Source of the DNA: Octopus vulgaris
Taxonomy: Eukaryota
Assembly: GCA_951406725.2 (NCBI GenBank)
Contig: OX597829.1
Span: 26,226,001-26,290,000, forward strand
Reading direction: 5' to 3'
Length of the DNA stretch: 64,000 bases
How positions within the stretch are numbered: the stretch's first letter is position 1; each line of letters starts with the position of its first letter. A model generated the notes under the pieces. It was not told the origin of the DNA and did not search any database. It worked only from the letters and a program-made list of their open reading frames with translations. Positions 26,165 through 39,309 of the stretch are shown here, in pieces. Both the position numbers and the translations under genes were made by a program.

Positions 26165-26419
26165 TTGTAGTAAAGAATGTTTGCCAACATAACATGGCAG
26201 TCCTGGTTTTAGGACTAATGTTGCTGTAATTTAGCCCCAGGAGACATTGTCTCCAACTAGCTATACGACATGATCTGTGTCCTTATATGTTCGAAAATAT
26301 AAGGAAACAGATTGTGTCATATAGCCAGCTGGAGACGATGTCTCCTGGGGCTAAATTACAGCAACATAATCCTAAAACCAGGATTGTCATGTTATGCTGG
26401 CAAAAAATCTTTACTACAA
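26165..26419. repeat. Foldback element related to 17341-17725
   Basis: ttgtagtaaaga...ccccaggagacattgtctcc...ccttatat / atataagg...ggagacgatgtctcctgggg...tctttactacaa. Shares ctagctata.gaca.ga.ctg.gtcc with the 17341 element. Confidence 0.85.
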
Positions 26420-27420
26420 GAAAACACTTGTCCTCAACAAAATCTCACCTTACTCATGCAAGCATGGAGAGATGGACAGGATGATGATGATGACTGTAAT
26501 AATAATGCTGATGACGATGATGATGTGGCAACAGGAAGGGCAACCAACCTCAAAACATCTGCCCAAATGAATTCCACCTGACAATTGTAAGCATGGAAAA
26601 AAGTGGACGTTAAAATGAAGATGACGAGAAGGATGTATGCGATTATGAGTGTGTGTGCATGTGCAAATGTGCATGTAGGTGGATAGTTTGCATGTCACTA
26701 CTTGAACAAAGTGGTGTGGTGCTGCTATCTATGTTCTAACTGATGGCTCTGCACTTTCAAATTCCTCTTACTTGTCAGACAGGTGAGGATTGGAGACAGG
26801 AAAGGGATCCGGCTGTAGATATTCTGCCTCATTGAAATCTGTCTGGCCCATGCAAGCATGGAATAGTGGACGTTAAAACGGTATGATGGTGCTTGGAAAA
26901 GGGTGACAAACCTATGAAAAATCTGCCTCAACAAATTCTGTCTGATCCAGGTAAGTAAGGAAAAATGGACGTTAAAAATGATGATGATGATGGCGCTTGG
27001 AAACTGGCGAGGGTTGGTGACAGAAAGGGCAGTTGGCCATAAAAAATTTGTCTCAACAAATTCCATTTGACCCAGGCAGATATGGAAAAAGTGGATGATA
27101 AAACAATGATGATAGTGATGCTTGGAAACAAGTGATGGTTGGCAACAGGAGGAGGGCAACCAGCTTTATAAAATTTGCCTCAAAGACTTCCGTCTGACCC
27201 ATGCGAATATGGATAAATGGACGTTAAAACTATTATGATTTATCTTGGAAATAGGTGAGGCTTGGCAACAGGAATAACATCTAGCCTTAGATAAATCAAC
27301 CTCAATGAATTCTGTCTGAAGGCCATTTAGCTGTTCAAATATGAAAAAATCACATGCCCTCAATGAAGTTTTGCTTGACCCATGCAACCATGGACACACT
27401 GACTTGATGATGATACTAAT
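26420..27420 (+). repeat. Head-to-tail array of ~8 copies of a ~110-125-bp LINE/SINE 3'-tail unit
   Basis: The unit gcttggaaa..ggtga.ggttggcaacaggaagggca...cctcaa..aattc..tctgacccatgcaagcatggaa..gtggacgttaaaatgatgatg recurs at about 26526, 26775, 26890, 26995, 27120, 27243 and 27340. Confidence 0.8.
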
Positions 27421-27531
27421 GAGAACAATATTGATAATGATGGTAATGATATATATTATATATATATTTGTGTGTGTATACATACAGACACACACACACA
27501 TATATATATGTATATATGTTTATAGGCTTTC

Positions 27532-27718
27532 CTATGCAGGTTTTTTTAGAAAACGTCTCTGTCTAAATTGATAAACTTGACGACAAAGGAAAACAGTCTC
27601 AGGGTTGGCATCGAGAGGAGGAAGTCGGCTGTGTCTGGGATAAGCTTCTGTAAGTCGTGGGACAACTTTCCGTCTTGCTGGAAAATTTGCTTCAGTTCTC
27701 CGTACTTCTGCTTTATAC
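27532..27718 (-). CDS. BAHD1: BAHD1-like gene, terminal coding exon with TAG stop
   Basis: ttaacag|G TAT AAA (phase 2 completes Arg). Reads RYKAEVRRTEANFPARRKVVPRLTEAYPRHSRLPPLDANPETVFLCRQVYQFRQRRFLKKPA*, compared with human [24 protein letters not shown]. This frame is not listed in the ORF track. Confidence 0.9.
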
Positions 27719-27949
27719 CTGTTAATAAAATGAAGAAAGAAGGGTGGAACAAGGCATAAGTAAGTATGTGTGATACAGAGAAAGGGAGGGAGGAAGTGAG
27801 TTATTAATTGTATACATAGTTCATTATCTAATTAAGCTGCTATAATGTTTTGAATGTAATAATATCTAGGTGAAATTTCTCTTCAGTATTAATAACCCGA
27901 CAAGAGAGAAAACAACATTGGTATTTTTCCAACAACACACACACATATA

Positions 27950-28900
27950 TAAGGGTGTTCCCCAAAACTGTATAAACACTTTAACAACTGAAAATTCAAC
28001 TTTCATTTCTTTTTTAGATTTAACCCTTAAGAAATAATGAAGGGAGCCTGACTAAGCTGTGAACAAAGTTTATAGTCAAGTTTGAAAAATGTAAAAAAAA
28101 AAAGACAGTTTAGGAGGGAGTTTCAAACAGAGCTATATATGCGATTTACCATCACTTGAATTAGAGATCAGTTTGTAGCAGATGAAACAGTTCAGTCTCT
28201 TAGAAAACTGCAGATATCAAACCCACAAAGTAAGGAAGGGCACTAATTCTGTGTGGCAAGCGAGTCATGAGATAGGAATTTTAAAATCAAGCATCTGTTG
28301 CATTTTGAAGTAGCATCATTAGAAAAGTTACATTTCCATGGTCCTAATGAATATGATCTGAACTGAAGAGTGGAGTTTTGCAAGTGGTACCTGACAAGAT
28401 GTTTAGAAGATGCACACTTTCTAACAAAGATTGTTTTGATTAGTGAGGCTACATTTAGTTCAAATGGTGCAATTAACTACCACAACTGCATTTACTGGGG
28501 CGATCTGAGTCTCAGTGTATTATGGAGGAACAGTATGTTAATTTGCCAGGAATGATGGTATGGCATGGCTTAACATCATAAATATTAATTGGACCAATCT
28601 TTTTGATAGTATTGTAACTGGTCCCATTTACTTAAACTAGCTCTGATAATCTGTTATGTCAAGTATGCAAAAGTACTTTGAAGATAAGAAGCTTTATTTC
28701 CAACAAGACAGGGCATCTGCATGCCACCACAGTAACGTGAGGGCCTACTTTGATGAGTTTCTGCCAAACAGGTAGATCAGCTGAAGAGGTTCAGTGGAAT
28801 ACTCTTCGCTTTCATTGGACTTCACACTACTAGATATTTTATTTTTTTGTTTTGGTGGGTGAATATTTAAAAGATAAATTTTACAGTTGATAAATTGAGA
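27950..28900 (+). mobile_element. Highly decayed Tc1/mariner-superfamily transposase remnant (DD41D/rosa-like) in a BAHD1 intron
   Basis: Starts ta-agggtgttcccc. ORF 28370..28555 reads FCKW...[23 protein letters not shown] (FSDEAxFxLNGxVNxxNCxxW-like), with FQQDRASACH downstream. The right end is unclear. Confidence 0.6.
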
Positions 28901-29283
28901 GTAGCCACTGAACAGAAAAGTGAATAAATGCCGAACAAAATGATTCTATTGCTGCTTTGCATTATCAGTAGTACCTGAAAAAAGCCCATCATGTGTATGT
29001 GTGTGTTTGAGTGAGTGTGTATTACTATCTCCTTGCCTTGATGTGTGAAACTTTTAAGTGTTACTGTCATACAAACAGTGTCCTTTGTGTTCCAATCTTC
29101 TAGGAAAACATGTCTGGCCATAGGGAACTATTACCTTACTTTGAAACAGGGGATGGTTGGCATCAGGCCATAGAAAATCTGCCTTTACAAATTGTGTCTG
29201 ACCCATTTGAGCAGGGAAAAGTGAATGTTAAAATGATGGTGATGACAGGGGATAAAAAAAATAAAAGGAAAACCATGACGTAC

Positions 29284-29452
29284 CTGCAGTATTCGTTGAA
29301 TGTTAACACGTAACATTTCTCTTCTATACAAGCTATGCTGTTGACGTCACGGTGCCTCGAAGCGAACACTTCACAGTCTACATGACTGGGTTTACGACCA
29401 GTCTCAGTATGCTCAGGTCGATAGTACCAGAGTAAACTCATCATCATTTCCC
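29284..29452 (-). CDS. BAHD1: BAHD1-like gene, BAH domain exon 2
   Basis: ttcatag|GG GAA ATG ... TGC AG|gtacgt. Encodes [56 protein letters not shown], closely matching the BAHD1 BAH core. Confidence 0.95.
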
Positions 29453-29911
29453 CTATGAAGAATTCATAGACAACGTAAAAACATGTAAAAAGATAAAAAG
29501 TAAAATAAAATGAGGGACAAAGGTGTGTGTATGTGTGTATTCTTTTATTTGTTTCAGTCATTTGACTGTGGCCATGCTAGACATAAAAAGAGATAAAACC
29601 TTTAAAGGGTTTTAGTCGAAGAAATCAACTCCAGAACTTATTCTTTGTAAGCCTAGTACTTATTCTATTGGTCTCTTTGGCCTAACCGCTAAGTTACAGG
29701 GACGTAAACACACCAACATCGGCTGTCAAGCAATGGGGGGTGGGACACAAAGACATACACACACACACACAACATGTTCCTTTCAGTTTCTGTCTACCAA
29801 ATCCACTCACAAGGCTCTGGTCAGCCCAAGGATATAGCAGACGGCACTTGCCCAAGTTGCCATGCAGTGAGACTAAATCCAGAACCCTGTGGTTGGGAAG
29901 TAAGCTTCTTA

Positions 29912-29965
<54 letters not shown>

Positions 29966-31446
29966 TTATATGTTTTAGCTACATCAGTCATTGGACTGTT
30001 GCCATGCTGGATCACTGCCTTGGAGGATTGAGCCAAATCAATCCCATTGCTTATTTTTTAAATCTAGTATTTATTCTATCAATCTCTTTTGCTGAACTTT
30101 TAAATGGATGTCAAACAGTGGAGAGACATACACATATACATATATATAATATACAGTACAAACATACAATGGGCTTCCACACAGTTTCCATCTACCAAAT
30201 TCACTCAAATGGCATTGGTCAGGTGGGTGTTATGGAAGCAGATGCTTGCCAAAGGTGCTGCACAGTGGTACTGAATCTGAAACCATGTGGTTCCAAAATA
30301 AGCTTCTTAACAACATAACCATGTCTGAGCCTACTACTAAATTTCTGTTAAGAAATCTTGGAGCATTTCCATCTCAAGCATAGATTTTTTAATTAATTTT
30401 TTTTTTTAACTAAACACTTTGAAACTTCGGATACTATGTATCACATAGAGTTTACTCTTAACGTTTTTGACAAAATTTTGTATTTTAGAAGTTATTTTGT
30501 GTTAAAGTTGTCGTATTTGGGTAATTTTAACCAATCAATGACATGTCTTCAGCTAAAGACCCCCCCACCACCACCAAATCTCTGTCCAAAACAGAAAATC
30601 CAGTTTATGTGGGCATGCTATTCCAAAAGTCCACAAAGGCATTCTATTATGAAAACTGCCCAGCAATGATGGGATACTCAGCTAGTGTGTGTGTGTGTGT
30701 AAATAAAACCTGGATGTGTTATTTATAATGTTGTAAACAACCAAAAAATCATTTCATGAAGAAAACAAATGCTAAAAAGCAACAAAATTCTACATTGGTT
30801 GACTAAATTTAATCAGCACAAGCAAATGGCACTACTGTATCACGTGATTTCATTGTACTGCAGATCATAAGCTGTAGGAAGTCAAGCACGAAATGTCACA
30901 CAGAAAATCAGTCAATCATGCTGTGAAAAGCTGGCAGGTTGTGTACAAATTACCTTTCATAGTGCCATAAGCTGTAGTGAAAGTCTCAAAAACACAGCCT
31001 GCCAGCTTTGTACAACATCACTAGGCGTGACTTAGTAGTTAAGGTATTCGGCTCCCAATCAAAAGAGTGTGAGTTCGATTCTCAGCAGTGCTTTATGTCT
31101 TGAGTAAGACATTTTATTTCATGTTGTTCCAGTACATTCAGCTAGCAAAAATTGGAGGCACTTGTATTTCAAAGAGTCAGCCTAGTCACATTATGTGTTG
31201 TGCTGAATCTCTCTGAGACTATGTTATTGGTATGCATGTCTGTGGAGTGCTCAGTCACTTCCACACTAATTTCACGAGCAAGCTGTTCTGTTCACCGGAT
31301 CAACTGGAACCCTCGTCACCGTAACAGACAGAGTGCCAGTATACAAAGACACAGCCAGTGCAGGGTTGGAAGATTCGGATGACACCACTGCTGCTCCATG
31401 TCATTTTAATTATTTCCTTTATTAACTCACACACACACAACATATA

Positions 31447-32004
31447 CAGGGTGTCCCCAAAGTCTGGACACATAAGAAATCTCATCATCATCATCGTTTA
31501 ACGTCCGTTTTCCATGCTAGCATGGGTTGGACAGTTCGACCGGGGTCTGGGAAGCCAGAAGGCTGCACCAGGCCCAGTCTGATCTGGCAATGTTTCTACA
31601 GCTGGATGCCCTTCCTAACGCCAACCACTCCGTGAGTGTAGTGGGTGCTTTTTACGTGCCACCGGCACAGGGATCACAACTACAATTTCCATTGATTTTT
31701 GATGTTGATGTACTTGACTCAATTAACTATATTTTTTTAAATATATATTTTATCTATATATATTTTTTTACCTCCACAGATTAAATATGGCTTTGTACTG
31801 AAATTGATGGTAGTGTAGAGTTATTGTATTGGGTTCATGTAAATCTTGCAAAGTGCATTGACCTTTGCATTACAAATGGAGGAAACCATATTGCAAATAT
31901 GTTATTTGTTAATATTTCAATTGAATAAAATGTTGGACATTTTTATTAGTATTTCTTGAAAATATACATTTTTGCCTATGTGTCCAGACTTTACAGACAC
32001 TCTG
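31447..32004. mobile_element. Tc1-type MITE with a nested LINE-tail-derived repeat
   Basis: TIRs cagggtgtccccaaagtctggacacata / tatgtgtccagactttacagacactctg with TA flanks. A (cat)n-tailed repeat is inserted at about 31484-31720. Confidence 0.75.
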
Positions 32005-32868
32005 TATAAACATACACACACACATTCAACAGGCTTCTCTCAGTCTCCATCTACTAAATCCACTTGCAAAACTTTGGTCAGCTTTGGTCAAAACTTTGGT
32101 CTACTGCAGCTTTGGCTGCAATAGAAGACACTCGCCCAAGGTATCATGCAACAGGACTGAACCCAAGATCACATGATTGGAAAACAAATTCTTAACCACA
32201 CAGCCATATCTGCACCTATAGCCTCACTACCCATGCCTGTGCCCACATTGACATCATGAGCAGAGATGGACAATACTTTGTCAAGGATGTGCCAAAGCTA
32301 AACACAGAGACTGAGGAAGCCATGTTGGAGTGGCTGGCATGAAAGGAAGGGTAGATGCAATGAACAAAAGTGAGGAAGATGAGAGCAGAGAATGAGGAAG
32401 AAGCATGAAAATGGAGAGGAGGAACAGAAGAAAAAGAGAAGGATGAAGAAGAGGGGATGAAAGAAGGAAAAGAAGAGGAGAAAGGGAAAGAGGCGGAAAA
32501 GAAGAGACCCAGGAAGACACGAGACAAAGCATTGAAGGCCAATCTCGAAACACTGAGTTAGTGAAGAAGATGACTAAGGACCAAGATATCTGGCATATTG
32601 CTGTACTAAAGAAGACTCATCTGCCATAATTGATACTGGTGTTGGTACCATGTTAAAAACACCCACGCCACCAAAGACAATAGAACCTGGTACAGCCCTT
32701 GGCCTTACCAGCTCCAGTCAAACCATCCAACCCATGCCAGCATGGAAAATAGATGTTAAATGATGAAGAAGAGAAAGTGGAAGAGACTATTTTCATGTAT
32801 TTTGTGATATTTCAAAGCTAAAAAGAAAAAAATCTACCACCTAGATACACACAAAACACAGCACTTAC

Positions 32869-33034
32869 CATCAGGTGGGTTTTCCCAGAAGGCCATTACT
32901 TTTGCTGTGAATGGTACGTCTTTCTTGCGAGGCCCAGACTTCAACAGAACACAATCTCTAACGCGAATAATATCTCCATCATCATGTTTGATGGCCGGGT
33001 AGCATTTACGCTCAACCGGTGGAGCATCAACAGT
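32869..33034 (-). CDS. BAHD1: BAHD1-like gene, BAH domain exon 1
   Basis: tttcag|ACT GTT GAT ... GAT G|gtaagt. Encodes TVDAPPVERKCYPAIKHDDGDIIRVRDCVLLKSGPRKKDVPFTAKVMAFWENPPD, matching BAHD1 IRVRDTVLLKSGPRK...AKISALWENP. Confidence 0.93.
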
Positions 33035-33990
33035 CTGAAAAATGAGCAAAAGAGAAAGAGAGCATAAATTAGACAAATAAATCTTTTTTTTTTCTGAATT
33101 CTTACATGATTTTCTACCTTATATTTGATAAAGAGAAGCATTTCCTGAAATATTAAATGACCCATTTAGGATGGTACAATATTATTTTCATCACTGTCCA
33201 TAAATTACAAAAAGAAATCTTGTTTAATTCAAAATGTACTAACATTTTGAACAAAAGGAAGGCAGCAATAAAGCCACACATTTTAGTAGAGCAGAGCAGA
33301 GCAGAATAGCCTGCCAATAAATACACATTTTTTCTGAAATTTTGGATAGATTTTCTATCTTATATTCCATTCCATGAAATGAATTCTTTCTCAAAATATC
33401 AAGTATTAAATGACCTATATAGGATGATGTAACAAAACATATAATTTTATATGACTGAAACAAGTAAAAGATAAAATATACACATACACACACATACAAT
33501 CACACATAAATACTTGTGTGTATGTGTGAATATATATTTTATCTTATATCTTTTACTTGTTTAGTCATTAGACTGTGGCCATGCTGGGGCTTAGCCTTGA
33601 AGAATTTTTAGTTGAATGCCTAGACCCCAGTACTTACTTTTTTTTAAGGCGTGGTACTTATTCAATAGGTTGCTTTTGCCAAACTGCTAAATTATAGGGA
33701 CGTAAATACACCAGCACCAGTTGTCCAGTGGTATGATGGGACAAACAGACACAAAGACACAGGCTCTGTCTACCAAATCCACTCACAAGACTTTGGTTGG
33801 CCTGAGGCTATATTAGAAGACACTTGCCCAAGGTACCACACAGTGGTACTGACCTGGAACCATGTGGTTGGGAAGCAAGCTCCAACACAAAAAGAATGAA
33901 GAATTATATATTTTTACTTCATAATTTATGATCCATAATTTGTCTATGCATGTTTCAGATGAGTTAGTGTTGGGTTAATTCTGCACTTAA

Positions 33991-34195
33991 CCTTTTGAGA
34001 CACATGGTGTTTTGGTATGTGTAGCCAAAAAGATCAAAGTTTTTTTCTATTGAGATACATCTACCTCTAATTAGCTATTACACTCCAAAACCAACCATTC
34101 ACAACATTTGTTCTATTGGGCCAATGGATTGAACTCAAAATCCTTTCAGCTTGTATCACTTGGGCTGATCAATTGGTTTGGGTGTCCCAAGAGGG
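33991..34195. mobile_element. piggyBac-type MITE (~205 bp)
   Basis: TTAA|ccttttgagacac ... gtgtcccaagaggg|TTAA: a TTAA target duplication with short CC-initiated TIRs. Confidence 0.6.
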
Positions 34196-36239
34196 TTAAA
34201 TCAATCCATAACTACAGTATCACATAGACCGGAAAAACATCGATTATAAAAGTTAAATTAAAAAGGTTGAAGTAGTAATAAAATTTGATACTGTAAGAGT
34301 TTCTATAGTAGTAAACAGCCTAATGCTGTCCAAAGCTATCAATGGGTGAAGGGAAGTATAATCAATATAAAAAGTAAATCAAATAAGGTTGAAGTGGTAT
34401 AAGAACATGGTACTGCAAGACCTTCAGGCATAGTCAAACCTTTTACTGACCCAGACTAAATTAGATAAAAATGGATAAAATGAATAAATTCCAGGTAGTA
34501 CCAAACTATATTATTTAGGTCAGCTAAGTTGCTTATACTAATGTTCATAGGAAAAGGCATTACTATGAAAGAACAAATTGGTCAATCTTTTATACTATAC
34601 TCTGAAATTGTCAAAAACAAAATTTGGATTTACTAATCAAATGTGTACAATAGTAATAGCTGGATTATAAACTACACAATGATTATCACTCATCAGTCTA
34701 GTTAACCAAGAACCGTCACTAAAGACTGCTCGAAAAAATATTTGCCTGGATTAATTTATCTCTATTCTTTTGTTTTATTTATTTTCATTATATGTGTGCG
34801 TGTGTGAGGAAACATGGCCTGGTGGTCAGGGTGAGACAACGGTTTAATTCCTAGACCAGGTGGTTTGTTGTGTTCTTCAGCAAAACACTTCATCTCACAT
34901 TGCTCTGTGATCACTTCAACACCTGACAAATGGCAAACTGTGCACCTTTTCAGGTAACATCAATTTGATGGAGAGAGTGAACTAATGTACAGTACATATT
35001 TGATCACTATAAGCAAATCATATTTGCAGGTTGTTTGGCAAAAAAGCTAAATACTCACACGTTGTCTTCAATGGGAGAGTCCATTATATATACATTTACA
35101 CTTACATGTACATTTATATATGTAAAAAGCACCCACTACACTCACGGAGTGGTTGGCGTTAGGAAGGGCATCAGGCGTAGAAACACTGCCAGATCAGACT
35201 GGGCCTGATGCGGCCTTCAGGCTTCACAAACCCCAGTTGAACCGTCCAACCCATGCTAGCATGGAAAGCGGACGCTAGATGATGATGATATATATATATA
35301 TATACACACACACACACGCATATATAGATGCATTTGTATATGTGTTTATGCAGATCTTGCATAAGTGCTGATGTCTAATTCTAGAGGGAAATTGTGGAAG
35401 GGGTACACTCAGGGAGACATGGGATGAAGTGGTGAGAAAGGATCTTGAGAGGTTGGGCTTCACAGAGTGGGTGACAAGGGACTGAGACTTCTGGTGATTT
35501 GCTGTGCATGGGAAGACAGTAAAGCCAAGTAAAATTGTGGCCATTCATACATATAGGCATGTCCTTTACAGCCATGCCCCACAACTCCAGCTTCATCTCC
35601 CAGCCAAGAAATCCTTGTCTTGCAGGCATGCAGGTGCTGGTGTTGCATATGCATATGAAAATATACATGTATGTATGTATATATATATATATATATATAT
35701 ACCCCTGAAAGAAAGGCCAGCATAGCTACAAGCAAAATCTCTAGAGACAGGAAACATCCTTATGAGATACAGATCAAAGGTCTCAAACTGGTTGCATAGA
35801 CAACTCAAGAGTAGGGAGACGTCTAATTTAAGATGGACTCCCCTGGAAATCGAACACAATATCAAACTCTATGGAAAGAAATGAGCAGGGAGAAAGAACA
35901 GAGCTGTGGAAAATATAAAAACAAACCCCGAAAGCTTTCGATAAATTTGCAAAAAAAAAAAAGAAAAAAAAAGCCACAGTACAAAACAAGATAGGACTGT
36001 TGTTCCAAGATAATGGCTGACTGACCCAAAAAGGATAAGTGAAGTGCTCAGTGAGCAGTTTAAAAGTGTTTTCACCTCCTCCCTGGAACACATACTGATA
36101 AGAAAATGGGAGACTGTTTTCCAAAATGGAGGCGAACATCTTTCTCCATGTAATCAGCTTGAAAAATTAAGACACTAGGATATTTTCTTACTTTTCTTAA
36201 CATGAAACCAATGGTAGCCTTAATTCACAAATAAAGAAA

Positions 36240-36276
<37 letters not shown>

Positions 36277-36372
36277 AAAGTGTACAGTGTTAAGTCACAA
36301 ACCGATTATGCAAACCTGTGGTGTCTATTCACCTTCAACAATAGAGAGCAGCTGCCATATTTTATTCCATAA

Positions 36373-36464
36373 CGGCTACCTCTGATGAATGTAGAGTCAC
36401 ATAAATGGATTGTTACATAACACTGTTGAATCCCTAGCACGAAACTGATTTGTAAGATCGGCCG
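36373..36464 (+). ncRNA. Degenerate hammerhead-like motif with extended stem II
   Basis: ct CTGATGA atgtag...ggatt..aatcc.ctagcac GAAA c-tgattt-g TA ag, with outer cggc/gccg pairing. Stems are imperfect. Confidence 0.35.
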
Positions 36465-36995
36465 TAATGGATATATAATACCGTACACTTCAGATAATAT
36501 ACCTACCCTATTGACAGATATACAAGTGCATTTTTTCCTGACTTACGGACTTTTAGATGACTTACACACACACACATGCAAACAAATATGTAAAATAAGA
36601 CAGAATCCAAAGGTTATGCTGTTTGTCTGTGTTGGCAAGACTTGCATTTCTTTCCTTCCACTTTTCACTGAAGAAGATCCCTGTCCAAAACATTGGATTT
36701 TCCACTCCCTACAGCAAATTTACTGTATCCTTTCTTTTTCTATTTTACCATATGTGTAAGTATGTACTTGTTCTCACACACTGCTGAACTGATTTTGGTT
36801 TATTTACATCCTTGTAGTCTAGTGGTTCTGTAATAGCAACTTATGGATTAAGTACTAGACTTAAAAGCAATAACATAAGTACAGAGGGCAATTTGTTCAA
36901 CTGAAGCAATCAAGGTGGTACCTTTCAGTCCAATGACTGAAACGAGTAAAAGACAAAAGATGTGAAAGAAAAAAATTAAATGCAAACAATCTCAC

Positions 36996-37726
36996 CACGT
37001 TAAGTATTGCTTTCATTTCCGGCACACCTTCCCATGACCACCCACAATAAGTCTTCTTTCTTTTGGAAACCATCAAACACCTTTCGCTCTTATCCAAGGA
37101 AATCTCTTTTATATCACAACCACAGAGATTTATTTTCTTAAGATTGTCTTTCATTGGTGCAGCCTTTTTCAAAATTTTCTGGCTTCTCTTATTATTATTA
37201 TTATTATTATTTTTATCATTATTGTTATTGTTGTTATTATTGTTGTTGTTGCTGTTGTTGTTGTTGTTATTATTATTGTTGTTGTTGTTGTTATTGTTAT
37301 TATTATTAATTTTGGTCTTCTTCTTTGTCTCAGATTTTCTGAGATCCTTCCCTTCATTCTTCTCAACACCAAGTCTTACACCAACACTTTTAGTTTTGCT
37401 TTTAGATATAGGTGACCGCATCAACGATAGTCTTGATGTCTTCTTCTTTGTGCCTCCACCAACATTGCGTCCTCGCCGTTGTTGCTGTGATGGCACTTTT
37501 TGTGGTTGCACAGAAGAACTGTTGTTGCTCACAGCGGCAGTTGTCATCGTTGCATCATTGGTTGGATGTTGTACAAAGGGTTGTGTCGGGATTGGATTGT
37601 GTATAAGCACCTTAACCTCTGCATGTGGCACATGAATTGGTAAAGAGTGACTAAGAACACAAGGTTCTGACAACTGTGGAACCATTGGCGTAGGATGAGA
37701 GCAGTAATTCCCATTTGGATAATAAC
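36996..37726 (-). CDS. BAHD1: BAHD1-like gene, coding exon (poly-Asn tract; K/R-rich stretch and GWxxxG motif preceding the BAH domain)
   Basis: Acceptor tttcactgcag|GT TAT TAT (phase 1 completes Gly) and donor AAC GTG|gtgag. Translation ends KRKKTYCGWSWEGVPEMKAILNV, similar to human [21 protein letters not shown]. Confidence 0.85.
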
Positions 37727-38329
37727 CTGCAGTGAAAAATAAAAACATATTTAATTACAAAAATAGACTTTGAAATATGATGCTCATTTGACCCTTTTGT
37801 TAGCATATTTCTTCTGAAATACACTGCCTTTTATGTCATAGAACCAAAGGTGGTCCTCAGTTGGATTGCTATGAAAAGGGTTTTATTCTTTTGTTACCAT
37901 ATTTTGGATGAAATACAATACAGATTTTTTCAATCAATTTTTGAAAATTATAAAGAATTTATAAACTGTCAGGAATTAATCTGGTGTTTAAAACATACAT
38001 TAATACTTTAAAACATAGTTTGTATCATAGAACTAGGGTTTGTGTAAAGTTGTTTGGTACCAAAAGAAACACAATGGTACTTTTTGTTTTTTTTTCAATT
38101 AATTTTGAAAATATCAAAGAATTTATCAAAGACGATGGAAGATCTGAGCAAGGGAATCTGGGTTTTGGCAAGAAGGATGTGTGTTGGAGTCACCCTCTTG
38201 AAGCTGAGCCTGAATGAGAACCTTTGCTCCCACTCATACAAGAGGTGCAAGGGAGAAATTCTGACAGCCAAAGGACAACCACAGAGAACTGCTTCACAAA
38301 GCCATAGAAGCACCTGAACAAGCTGAGGC

Positions 38330-38940
38330 AACCTATTGAGCTGGAGATGATTTGGTTCTTCTCAAATGGAAAGAACTACTGCTAAGACCAGTTGCACATT
38401 GCCTAAAATCCATCTAATTAAGAACTTCGCCAAGCTTATTCTTATTTTAGCAACTGTGCTTTCAGAATAACCTCCTCCACTATTAACTTGTTCACCTAAG
38501 TAACGGAAACTGTCCACCACTTCTAAGGATATCCCCTAACATTTGACAGAGTCTCTATTTTGCACATCTGCCATATCTAAAGACTACATTCTCTGTTAGT
38601 CTTCTGGTGATATCACTGCATCTCTTATGTGTCCATAGCTTGCACTGGGTCACACCTTATGGAGTTTCTCCCATCACCTTTTCTACATATCAAGCAGAGC
38701 CATCTCCATGAAAGGATCTGTAATTTGCTTGTTTTCTATTAATACTTTGGTCTTTGAAAAATTAACTCTAATTAACTCATTGCATCCAGTCTGTACTTCC
38801 ATACCTGAAATTTCTTCTCTGGTTCTGCTAGTGATTAAGCAATAAGAGCAAAGTCATTGGCATAGAGGAGCTCCCAAGGGCAGCCAGTCTTGAATTCCTC
38901 AGTTATAACTTGGAGGACTGAAATGAACCCTAGTGGACTC
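38330..38940 (-). mobile_element. Degenerate RTE-type LINE RT fragment
   Basis: Same GCPWELLYA..D and WTHKRC-coding sequence (catagaggagctccca; tcttatgtgtccatagct) as the other copies. Confidence 0.7.
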
Positions 38941-39309
38941 CTACTCACACACACAAATGTACATACATACAAACATTTTATTTTAATCTCTCACCAACTA
39001 CCACAAAACTACCTGCCTCAATACTAAACCCCCTTTCAGTCGATAGGTTTTCATCTTGTATGATGAAAACTCATCAACTGAGAGGAGGTTTAGTATTGGG
39101 GCAGGTAGCTTCATGGTAGTTGATGAGAGACTAAAGTAAAATAGAAACAAATATTGTCAAGTCAGAAGAAAAAAGATGAAAGTGAAGATTTATTGGGGCA
39201 TATCCTCAATGTACAGTGAAGTGGGTATAAGTGAATTGGATCATATATATATATACACACACACACGCAAATATGTGTGTATATATACATACATATATGT
39301 ATATATACA

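Noticed and set aside
27546-27752. ORF-track 68-aa peptide over the last BAHD1 exon
   Set aside because: Wrong frame. The splice phase and BAHD1 similarity support the RYKAEVRR...FLKKPA* frame.
35701-35810. Further hammerhead-like traces (ctgaaaga..aggcc...ggtct; also near 10980 and 23456)
   Set aside because: Core nucleotides and stems are too degraded to support a call.
37063-37635. Plus-strand poly-Leu ORF that looks like a membrane protein (also 41146..41691 and 46855..47601)
   Set aside because: These are antisense shadows of the BAHD1 coding exons; poly-Asn codons read as poly-Leu on the other strand.
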